Shown piece after piece: positions 23,989 to 34,885 of a DNA stretch of 35,935 bases; within the stretch, counting starts at the first letter, position 1; every line of letters begins with the position of its first letter. The stretch is from Octopus bimaculoides (taxonomy: Eukaryota), in the NCBI RefSeq assembly GCF_001194135.2, contig NC_068982.1, positions 144,351,967-144,387,901 on the forward strand, given 5' to 3'. A program made the translations under genes and the position numbers. Below the pieces are notes generated by a model. The model saw only the letters and a program-made list of their open reading frames with translations. It did no database searches and was not told where the DNA came from.

Positions 23989-24030
23989 TGCGAGTCCGCT
24001 GCCCTAACCACTGGGCCATTGCGCCTCCAC
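23989..24030 (-). mobile_element. Isolated 5' head (~42 bp, includes A-box) of family-D SINE
   Basis: gagtccgctgccctaaccactgggccattgcgcctccac nearly equals 11149-11187. Confidence 0.85.
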
Positions 24031-24727
24031 AGATAGATAGAAATATACAGACAAACAGGCAGATAGTTGAAATGAAAAGAAGTGAAAACAATCTCGATTG
24101 GCAAATAACTTGAATTGAGCCTTGGTACAGATAAGTAGGATGTGATGATGATGGTGGTGGTGGTGGTAGTGCTGCTGCTGCTGAAGTCAATAGGGATATT
24201 GGTTAAAAGAGGTGGCAGTAGTGGTTGATCAGTGAAAAGTGTAGGCTTTTGATATTTTTTTGTCTTTTAATTTTGATATCAACTATCACTTGATGCATGC
24301 TCTTTGGTGCAACTAATTATCGTCTGCTCAATCAAAATATATTTGTTTATAAAATATGGACAACAATAGGTGTTGGCTAACAAGAGAAAGAATGAAAAGG
24401 TTTAGGATATGGTGTTTTTATAGATTTTTTTAATTATCCATATTAAGATTCGTTAAACCATTACCAATGTACTGAAGCAGAATAATAATGGCTTTCATTA
24501 TGTTCCACAGTTAAATGAAAAATAGTAGAGAACATTTCACAAAATAAAAGCCATAAGAATATAGCTTTCAGAGATGTTGGTTCCCTGAGATTGCACCTCC
24601 AATTCTATCTATGTGGACTTTTACACCATCACAAGAATCAAATGATTCAGAAAATATACAATTCCATCATACAATTTTAAAAAAAACAAACATGGAATTT
24701 CCACAGGTACTGCTAGTTATTATTAGT

Positions 24728-25040
24728 TCATTCAAATATCACTGAGGTCGACTTTATCTTTCATCCTTTTCAGGTCGATAAAATAAGTATCAGTTGAATA
24801 TTGGATGTAATCAACTTATCCCCTTCCCCAAAATTGTTGGCCTTATGCCAAAATTTGAAAGCATTATTATTATTATTATTATTAGTCAACTTTGCCTTTC
24901 ATCCTTTCAGGGTCGATAAAATAAGTATCAGTTAAGTACTGGGGTTGATGAAATCAACTAGCACCCTCTCCTAAAATTCCTGGCCTTGTGCCAAAATTTG
25001 AAACTATTATTATTTTTTTTATTATTATTATTATTATTAA
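24728..25040 (+). mobile_element. Two tandem 5'-truncated family-B SINE copies with (ATT)n tails
   Basis: gtcgactttatctttcatcc...gccaaaatttgaaa-(att)n is followed by gtcaactttgcctttcatcc...gccaaaatttgaaa-(att)n. Confidence 0.85.
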
Positions 25041-26079
25041 GAAGTGAGGAATGTTAATTTGAAAATACTGGATCCAATTCAAATTAACAATAGGGTGAAA
25101 TTTCTCTTTTCAACACACTCTCTTTTTTTTATATTTATTCTTCTCTAACACAAGAAGAATATTCCTTCAAAGAATCAAAACATTTATGTTTTAAATAAAG
25201 AAATGTTAATTTTGCTGTAAAATACGTAAAAAGAAACTTCCTCTTTTGATGTGTAGCATACCATTTACATAATACTGTGAAATTTTAACATTTCTTTTAA
25301 CCCTCTGCAGTGCAATACATAAAAATGATGAAACTAAGGAGAAAGAAAAAGAACACAATCTTCTGTATGAATTAGTAAAGATATTTTTTAGCTGCTACCA
25401 TAGTCACCGTGTCATTAAGGCTTGATATAACAACTTGATTTTTAGAGAATTTAAATGCTAAAGAGGTGTGGTACTGCAATGAAATGAAATGCTGAAAGAA
25501 TAAAGTCATTTCCTTTTAGTTTTCTTTTTATTTTCAGTACAAGGAAATAAAAAGATAATTAAAAAGAATTGGTTTGGGCTGTGTTCCTGTTTACTAACAA
25601 ACAATACAAACAATACCTTAGTAAACAATACAAAATTAGCATTAATAACAATGGTCCAAATGATTTACAATAACCAGACTAGAAATTAACAAAAACTCAA
25701 AATAGAAAGAAATAGATTCCAAACAACAAATCTATCAGCTGAAGAATTTCATTTGGGTTAATGAATGATGTCAAAAGTATATGGAACAAGTACAGAATAT
25801 GAATTTATATTCTGTGGCTAAAGTTTGTCTGAAGTATTCATATCATGTCTTCAATAAAGTATCACTAAATAAATGAATGAATAAACCTACTGCAGCAACA
25901 CAACTCCTAAATAATTGATTGAGCAGGCTTTATAATTAAATCAAAATAATTTTAAAGTTGTACATGCGAACGCGCTATTGAATAACTGATTGAATGGTCA
26001 ACTAAGGTTTTCAGAAGGAGGAACCTAAAACATTTAAAAGTGCATCAACAGGAAAATTTCTGGTTCTTGTCTAGTCACA

Positions 26080-26250
26080 GATTAGCCAATTGAGCAGACC
26101 TATAATCAAAGAAGTTCCAGCTACGACTCTCCCATATTATTTCAGATAATGTCTTGTGATTGTACTCTTCAATGTATTTGTTCTTTTCTAAAGCAGCAGA
26201 CTGTGATTTGAGGGAGTATGGCTGCTGTTTCTAAAGTCAAGTAACCATAT
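26080..26250 (+). repeat. Unclassified interspersed repeat, copy 1
   Basis: tcaaagaagttccagctacga and gagggagtatggctgctgtttcta resemble tcaaaggcattctagcaatga and gagggaaagatttggctctcttcta at 34700-34885. Confidence 0.5.
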
Positions 26251-26539
26251 AGAAGCTGTTATATTGAAATTTTCTGGTTAATATTCAAGGTTCAAATAAT
26301 CTTTTTTTTAATATACCTAATATATACTCCCACAAAAATGGCTCCTTTACAGCTTATTGACAACAGAATGGAATAGCTACATATATTCATTACAAGGTTT
26401 GTAAACAAGAGGTGAGGATATTGTAGAGGTTGATGAGGCAAAGAGAGGGAGATGAGGCATTGTTAGGGTGACAGAGAAGCTACAGGAAGAAGGTCACTGA
26501 AAGACAAAGAAAGGAGAAGTGGATGAGTGCAGTGAGAGT

Positions 26540-28750
26540 ATCCTAACCACCATCACTAACTGTTTTAATGTTGTCTCTGCTATACTTGCACAAGAGTGCA
26601 GGTTTTCTTCCAAACTCCATGCCATCAATTGCTATAGTCCCTTGTCATTTCTTTTGTGAGGTTCAGCATCTGTCCTAGGCTTTTTTCTTTCTACAAGCAC
26701 TGTCCACCTACAACATTCAGCATATCTTTATGCAGTATTTGTCATCTTACACTCTCGGAGTGGTTGGCATTAGGAAGGGCATCCAGCTGTAGAAACTCTG
26801 CCAGATCAGATTGGAGCCTGGTGCAGCCATCTGGCTTACCAGTCCCCAGTTAAACCGTCCAACCCATGCCAGCATGGAAAGCAGACGTTAAACGATGATG
26901 ATGATACAGTCTTCAGTCTTGCACATTGTAGCTGAATCCTCTTTTACTCAGTTTATCTCAGCTCATTTGTATTCCATTGCTCATGCACATTAATATTACT
27001 CATCTAGCAAAGCATTCTCACTTCATTTCTTTCAAGTTTTTGCAAATCCCCTGCATTCAAGGTCCATGTCACACTACCATGTACAATGCACTTCATACAG
27101 AAGTATCATACAATCTCACCTTCATTTTGAGAGTGTTTATTGCCTCCCCTTTGTTGCAAAGGTGGTAGCACCCTGAACTTTTTCCAACCCATTCTTACTT
27201 AGGTTACTATGCTAATGCCCCTCTGCCTCTGCTGCTACATAGGAAAGCTACATTTGCTGTTAGCTTGCCAGTGATCCCAGGCAGTCAGCAACTGTTTACA
27301 CTGGGTACATGCCATGGAGTTTCTATCCATTCTGTTTCAGCACACCAAATGCAGCCATTTCCCTGGTGGTAGCAGAGTCCTGTCTTGTGTGCACACACAT
27401 GCACATGCATGCTATACAGGAGACAAACAGGCAGATATTCACATCATTTTATATTTGTTGTTCTAAGATTGCAGGGGTGATGGGATGTCTTCTCCAGTAC
27501 AGCAACTAACAACCTGTTGCAGCTCTTTGACATCATCATTGTGAGATTCAGCTTTCATGATTTCTTTCTATGTCTTTCTCTTCTACAGTCTCCTTACTGA
27601 AATTGTTGCTTACTCATCTTTTTGGCAGCAATTCCATACATGCCTTGCACAGCTTTCACAAGCCAGCTACACCTAGTTTTCTGAGAAACCATCAGAGTGT
27701 GGAACTCAGTCAAAGGCCTTCTCCAGGTCAATGAATGTTAGGTAGAATGGCTTGTTCTTAGCTAAGAACATTTTCTGTAATTGCTACACTAAGAAGAGGG
27801 TGTTAGCAGTACAACCCCCTGATAAAAACCTGAACTGCATCTCATTTAAATTAATTATCTTTCTAATTTACTATGCTACTTACATAAATTAATCTTGTAG
27901 CAGTTGATGGCTATGTCAGTCTTTAAAGATGACACCTCTCTATGCCACCCAACAGAGTATCTAACGGACCAGCACACATTCTACTTTGCCAGCTATTTCC
28001 AGTATCTTATTGATTATCCATAGGTCCAGCTACTTTCTTTGCCTTCATTATCTTTAATGGCTCTTTTAACAGCATAGCCTCTCAACTTCAGTAACTGGTC
28101 CCTCTGCTGGATCTATTTGGGAGCAACTCATCTTTTTCCTTATTTAGCAATCTCTTGTCATATCATTTCCATGTCTCTTTCTCTTTAGCATAAGTTAGGG
28201 CGAGTGCACAGCAATAATTTCATATGCACTTTTCCACTAATGTCTCCAATAACAACCTGATTTTCACATGCACACTGTTTTACAAACTATAATGTCTGTA
28301 CCTATGATTCTCATGTTGCAGAACATTACCATGCCTTGTACAATAAGCTCCTTTCTTTGTTAAAGATACCCCATACCCAAATTCTGTTCTGTCTAGTTAA
28401 TTTTGCTCTTTGCTTGTTCCCCATTTTCTTCTATTCTAGATAGAAGCTGCAAGCTTAGATAGGCTTGCAGCTTAGCTTTTATGGCTCTATTATACCATCC
28501 CACCACTCTGTCACCTTTGTAGTTGGGTGCAACTTTGTTCCATTCACAGATCTGGTCTGTAGTTTGCAGTAGGTTGTCTCACAGAAACTCCCAGTTGTCT
28601 CCTTTGTTGTAAATATCTTCTCTTCCTTCTCATCAAAATGAATCAACTAGCATTTCTATGAATCAACATCTGACTGAAGGGTCGTTCAGCTTTCACAACT
28701 TTCTTCTCCAAATTGTCTTGTGTCTCTGGTTCTATGCATCACTTACTCAC
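26540..28750 (-). mobile_element. Long decayed RTE LINE (linker, RT and C-terminus), interrupted at 26748-26905
   Basis: Minus-strand translations KLNDPSV, NWEFL*DNLL, NLNEMQFRF, LQKMFLAKNKPFYLTFIDLEKAFD*VP, GWKKFRVL and HGSVTWTLNAGDLQKLERNEVRML. Confidence 0.87.
26748..26905 (+). mobile_element. 5'-truncated RTE 3'-tail copy, little diverged, inserted antisense into an older RTE
   Basis: Near-identical to 906-1062; ends aaacgatgatgatgat; explains ORF 26656..26853. Confidence 0.88.
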
Positions 28751-29304
28751 ATGAGAGAGAGAGAGAGAGAGAGAGTAAAGGGTGTAAACATGAGCACTAA
28801 AACCATAAAACAGTGTTCTTTAAATGAAGTCCTCAGCAATATCTGTTGCGCAATGAGTTATATACACCATCATGTCACTCTCAGCATCATAAATGCAGTA
28901 AACTGGCAAATGGCCCATTGGAAACCTGTAAGCAGTGACATTATTATTCACCAATTGTGTAGTTCTAGTGTTGCAATTAAAAATCTAGCAAAACATGTTC
29001 TGTGATCTCATTTCTTTTGTTGGTTGGCTTTTTAAATAATCCTCCATTGCTGTTATTTTAGACAAGGTATCACAATTCACATTTTTTCTTTCCATAAAAG
29101 TCAATAGGGTACATCTCTCTTCCTGATGGCTATTTGCTTATTAGAAATAGTTTAGTTGATGATATATATTTAGTAAATGAGTAACACATGGTGGAATGAA
29201 TAAATAAAAATGTTATCCTGGTTTTGAAACAGAAACACTATACCATTATGTATCATAAGCAACTAAAAGAGTGTTAAATAGAGAGGGCCTCAAAAGACTT
29301 GTGC

Positions 29305-29352
29305 CACTTATGGCAACATGGAAAAGTAGACAAAACAACGATGACGTTATGA
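29305..29352 (+). mobile_element. Short degraded RTE-type 3' tail
   Basis: ggcaacatggaaaagtagacaaaacaacgatgacg resembles the tail at 1025-1062. Confidence 0.55.
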
Positions 29353-29359
29353 TCTTCCT

Positions 29360-29725
29360 CATCATCATTTTAATGTCACTTTTCTATGCTTGCAGAGATT
29401 GAACAGAGTTAATTGAGGCAGATTTTCTACAGTCAGATGCCTTTCCTGTTGCCAACCATTGCCTGATTCCAAGCAAGGTAATATTTGCCCCAGGTCAAAC
29501 ATGTTTCCTCAGAATATTGGAAATGAATAACATTCACTAACAACAATCATGTGATATAAAGACAAGGTACAACATACACACATGCATATACGATGGGCTT
29601 CTTTGAGTTTCTGTCCATGAAATCTACTCATAGGGCTATGGTAGAAGATACTTGCCCAAGATGCCATACAATGGGACTGAACATGAAACCAGGTAATTGG
29701 GAAGCAAACTTAACCATACAGCTGT
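29360..29725 (-). mobile_element. Composite SINE: family-A (CORE-like) head, unique middle and RTE-type 3' tail
   Basis: 29592-29725 is the reverse complement of the family-A head. 29360-29460 has catcatcattttaatgtc...ttttctacagtcagatgcctttcctgttgccaacc, the RTE tail motif. Confidence 0.72.
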
Positions 29726-29869
29726 GGCTGTACAAATGTACAGATTTGCAGGATTATTTTTAAAAACTTCAAAAGCGTGTAAATGAAATGAAAAAAAAAG
29801 ACTGAACTACATGAACTAATATCAAAAAGAGAACAGATTTAAGTGGGCTTCTTTAATGCAGGAATATCT

Positions 29870-29872
<3 letters not shown>

Positions 29873-29908
<36 letters not shown>
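29873..29908. repeat. (GT)n microsatellite
   Basis: Directly visible. Confidence 0.95.
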
Positions 29909-29914
<6 letters not shown>

Positions 29915-31167
29915 ATGGCTGAATGATAAATTGCACCTAGTCCATGCTGTATGGTTGTTGGCAAAAGAGGTAGGCATACAGCTGTTAAAACTATCCCCAA
30001 AATACATGAAATACACAACAAAGACTGGAGTTACCTCTACTATCATATGTATGAGGATGCTACTAATATATAGGTATATATGTTTTATCAAAACTAACAC
30101 AGATTATAGCAACATATATAAAATTGATTTGGAAAGACTGAAAGCTATTCTGGTGGATCACTAAACAAAAGTCACACAGATTGAGAGAAAATTTAAGCTG
30201 ATGAGTAACAAGCAATGATTCAAATCGCACATTTTTTTTAATCTCTTTTTTAGAACAAAAAAAAAAGCCCTTCTCATTTACCTCAGCAACTCCAAACACC
30301 CTGTTAAACATAAGCAATAATTGGACATTAAGTTATAACAATTTGAATGGTTAGATTAAATTAAATTATTTGCATCTGGATCAAGTATTTTTCTTTTGCT
30401 CCTCCTCCTAATACTAGTCTTTATATGATACCTAAAGTTTCCAACAAAAACATGTAGAGTAATATTTGTAGTTCTATACCAGTGACAGCATTTGAACCCT
30501 TGAATAGCACCACCACTCTTAACAGTTGTCATGAATATAAACATACAACAAAATAAGGCCTATGAAATTAACACAATTACATTATCAGATCCAAATGATT
30601 TGTGATGCAAATAGAGTAGCACTGAGAAAAGATAGTTGGAATATTCCATTTAAAGCTGAGTAATGTCCATTTTCTGTATCTCACTGCAAGCCTTAAAGCT
30701 TTCAGGAACCTTTTCAATTTCCCACCATACACTAAGCTTTACATATTTATCATGTGCAGAAAGGAGCAATTAATTATAATAGCTTCTCTGTGATGAATAT
30801 GGTTATAAAATGACATTTTTTGAAGGGGCTGATGCAGCACTTTTAATACTAAAGCATTACTTTAGCTATGATATAAGAGAAGAAAACACGATTGAGGTCA
30901 AGGTTATAATAGGATCAAGTAACCATTAATGATCTTAAGTTATCAACTTCAGCATGTAAGACATACATGAGTAAAAGATCTTGTACATCACAACTGAACC
31001 AATAATACCAGTGTCAATGTCAATTCAAATATTGCTAAAGGAGAATGAAAGAAAGTCAAATGAACACAAATAATAAGCTAGTAAACCAAACATTTAGAGA
31101 CTTCTTTATAGTAATAACATTAACTGGGTTAATGGAAATTAATTGAATACTATTTCATTATATTTAC

Positions 31168-31233
31168 CTGTATGGTGATATCAAGCCTGTTTTCATCCAG
31201 CAAAATAACCTGTGTTTTGCGGCCTTCTGTCAT
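31168..31233 (-). CDS. FRMD4A: FRMD4A/FRMD4B-like FERM-domain protein, exon encoding the start of the FERM F1 lobe (MTEGRKTQVILLDENRLDITIQ; 66 bp, phase 0/0)
   Basis: Minus strand reads tcttttcag|ATG ACA GAA GGC CGC AAA ACA CAG GTT ATT TTG CTG GAT GAA AAC AGG CTT GAT ATC ACC ATA CAG|gtaaat. The peptide matches vertebrate FRMD4A MTEGRRCQVHLLDDRKLELLVQ as recalled, and it joins in frame to the exon at 7743-7837. This is probably a single invertebrate co-orthologue of FRMD4A/B. Confidence 0.93.
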
Positions 31234-32680
31234 CTGAAAAGATATTTGGAGAGTTGTTGAGCTATCAAATAAATGAATGAATAAGGATTACTGTTCAACT
31301 GACTGGTCTCTGAAAACACCAAATAAACAGGCTAAATGAAGTCAGAACATATTGGAGAAAATATCAAGGATTAATAATGATAGATGAGATGAGATGCAAC
31401 AGAGCAGATAACCATGCAGAACATCCAAACAACATAAACTTAGAAATACACTTGAAATGCATAGTTGTCAGTTACATTATTCCTAAAGAATCCAATCTAT
31501 GCAATAAGATGAATTCATAATTTTCTAAATAAAATTTAAGATATTTAAGAAAATATAGTCATTGATAAGATACGATGATAAGGAAAAACAATGAGTCTTG
31601 TAGCATGAATCACTGCATTGTTTGTTTCAACACTAAAACATTGTTGTCTCAATGCTGGCAGAAGTTAAAAGAGTTTTCAATACAGCATCCATCATCTCAT
31701 ACGTGGGACCCAACATTTACAAATCTGTCCTCACTACTACTTCCCAAGATTTCCATGGTTTGTTTCTATGTTTTGTATCTATCACAACATTATTTTCACC
31801 CAGCATGTGGTGAAAATATTCATTTGTATTACACATCTATATCAGTGTAGCCATATATTCTGCACACAAAGGCAAATATCTTTGGTGCCAAGATTCTTCC
31901 TCACTTGACTCACTCTAAAAAAAAAATAGTAAGAACAGCGTATTGAGTGTATATGTGAGATTACTACAGTATCTATTGTTTGCATTATCACCATCTTTTG
32001 GTTAGTGAAAGATGAGATATATTAAGAGCAGTATTTTAACAATAGCCAGATCTGAAGTTTTAGAAGCAGACTGCTGGCTGCAAAAATTTATATCCTCTAA
32101 AATGCTTTTGAGGTTAAGATTTTTTTTTAATTCAATATAAAAATGAAAAATTTATTATTATTGTTATTTGTACTGTTGTATCTACCCTTGAAGACAACAT
32201 TTTTGAATATTCTTATGTCACATTCACAGCAGCAACATCAGTTAATTTCCCATAGGCCCCATACACTAAAATGAAAAATTTTTTTCAGTGTATGACAACA
32301 CTGCAAGTGTTTCGATGAAGCAAGGAGTTACTTAACAAAGCATTTTTCTTGTTATTCGCAAAAAATCATTTTTTAAATTCAATACATAAATTAAAACAGT
32401 TGGTCTTTAGTATAATCATAATTGGTTTAATGTTGGTAAAATGTCTGTCACATAAAATAAATATAATATGGTGACAAAGCTTATATAACAATAGCTCAAG
32501 TTTCTGTTGTAACTACGAAGCATCATCAGCTCACTAACATCTTTTTTACATGCACTTTTACCAAGCTGGTATGGGTTTTGATAAGATTTTTTGAGACAGA
32601 ATTTAATGGCAGGATACTTTTCCTAATGCAAATTGCTTGTTTTTTTTTTTTTGTCTTTTTTTCAAGTAAAGTACTTTATA

Positions 32681-33075
32681 GGTGCAGGAGTGGCTGTGTG
32701 GTAAGTAGCTTGCTTACCAACCACATGGTTCTGGGTTCAGTCCCACTGCGTGGCACCTTGGGCAAATGTCTTCTACTATAGCCTCGGGCCGACCAAAGCC
32801 TTGTGAGTGGATTTGGTAGATGGAAACTGAAAGAAGCTCGTCATATATATGTATATATATGTGTATATGTTGTGTATCTGTGTTTGTTCCCCCACCCAAC
32901 ATCGCTTGACAGCTGATGCTGGTGTATTTAGGTCCCCGTAACTATCGGTTCGGCAAAAGAGACTGATAGAATAAGTACTAGGCTTACAAAGAATAAGTCC
33001 TGGGGTCGATTTGATTCGACTAAAGGCAGTGCTCCAGCATGGCCGCAAGTCAAATGACTGAAACAAGTAATGAAA
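32681..33075 (+). mobile_element. Family-A SINE (CORE-like), full length and well preserved
   Basis: Colinear with 4293-4733 along its length, with an internal (TA/TG)n. Explains ORFs 32578..32781, 32714..32902 and 32776..33102. Confidence 0.9.
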
Positions 33076-33179
33076 AGAAAACAGAATACTGCTAGCATTC
33101 ATACATCAAATTGCCAAGCTGTGGAATGTATTATTAATACAGACAATAACAATGTTACCACTAGAAACACACACACAAG

Positions 33180-33290
33180 CTTCTGTATAGTTTCTATGTA
33201 CCAAATTTCACTCACAAAGTCTTGGTCAACCTGATGCTGAAGTAGAAGACTGTCTAAGGTGCCACAATGTGTGATTGAACCTGAACTTCT
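33180..33290 (-). mobile_element. Degraded family-A SINE head, inverted relative to 32681-33075
   Basis: ccaaatttcactcacaaagtcttggtc...agtagaagactgtctaaggtgccaca...gaacctgaac. Confidence 0.75.
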
Positions 33291-34482
33291 AAACCAGACA
33301 GTCATGCCTGCATCTCAAATTAAAATTAAAAACAAGTGTTATAATGTATTCAACTGAACAAATATGTAAAATAATGTTAATAAAAATCTGATTCCAAACT
33401 CTGGCATTTAGAACTATTGACTATCTTTTGAATCAATGAAATTCTGTTGAGGGAATGATTTTATGAAGTGAGAGAAGGGCTTTCATCAAAAACAGACGCT
33501 GGATTAAATTATATTTAACATTAAAATGAAAAGGTTAACTATTTAACTGATATTTAGTAAAAACCATATGTAAATAAGTAACAACAAACCCAGAATTGCT
33601 TTTCTAAGCATATCACCAGGTTGGTAGACAGATTTTCAGCCTTTATATTAAAGCTAAGTCCGATTCATTAGAGTTCATTTCTTTCTTGCATTTTTTGTTT
33701 TGTAACCCATACAAACAAAGAAAACTCCAGAAGTTAGCAATGATCAAACACTGAATGAATACGTGCTGCATAATCTTGTTCCTCTCTGCTCATGTAGACA
33801 AGCCAAGTTGATAGCACTGCTATGAATACAGAGTTTATACTGAACAAACATTATTTCCTTCCTTTCTTACCACAGCTATCCCCATACAATCCTAGCATGT
33901 GTCTAAGATGCCACTCCAATTGCCCACTAAAATTAAAGTGTAGGATATATACATTATAATGCTTGTAAGTACTTGAAGATATCTAGCTACCAGCCCTAGT
34001 TGGGGAATAAACTTCCACTAGTCTCAAAGTACCGTCTTTAGTGTTATTCATTTCCAGGACTTCTGACTTGGGTTCCCAATCTAGGGAGATCATTCTTATC
34101 TCAGTTGAATGAATAAGACCTTGTTATCACTCAGATGATATGATATCATTTACTAGCCCACAAGATATATATATATACAAGAAAAGATAAAATAATGAAC
34201 AAAACATGTGAGGTTGCACAAACGTCAAATGTTACTTGGAACTTAACCATTAAAAATGTGCAAAACATTCCGCTGCTTCAACTTTACCATTATACGAAAG
34301 TAGAAGTCACTAAGGTTTTCTTTTAAAGATATTAATGAAACAAAATAGTTTTATGGAGGAGAAATGACATTCCATGAAGTTCACACATTTCTCTATGGAC
34401 ATCAGTGACAGAAGTCAAAATGGCTATAATTAAATTAATGAAGTCATGTCAAACAGAACAATAAGAGGCATGTAAACAATTG

Positions 34483-34486
<4 letters not shown>

Positions 34487-34572
<86 letters not shown>

Positions 34573-34627
34573 CATATATATATATATACACATATATATA
34601 TATACACATATATATATATATATATAT
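34487..34627. repeat. ~140-bp (AT)n microsatellite with (AC) interruptions
   Basis: Directly visible; it explains the YIYI ORFs. Confidence 0.97.
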
Positions 34628-34699
34628 TCAAGGACTTAGTTTCACAGCCACTCCTACATAATTTGTACACAAATAGCAAACACCATCATTTAACCACAG

Positions 34700-34885
34700 G
34701 TCAATCCTTAGTGGTCAAAGGCATTCTAGCAATGAAACACCTGATCTTTTTTTTGAGAAATGTCTCACACCTAGGACTATATTTATTCATCCAATGTATC
34801 CTTTCTTTTCTTCTAAGACAGGAGGGAAAGATTTGGCTCTCTTCTAACAGCTTGAGCAACATCATTGAGGCTCCTTCATTTCCTC
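34700..34885 (+). repeat. Unclassified interspersed repeat, copy 2
   Basis: Homologous to 26080-26250. Confidence 0.5.

Larger units (their letters stand above)
7838..31167 (-). other. 23,330-bp phase-0 GT-AG intron of the FRMD4-like gene
   Basis: Donor gt at 31167-31166 and acceptor cag at 7840-7838. The flanking exons are consecutive in the FERM F1 sequence (...ITIQ|PKLY...). Confidence 0.88.
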
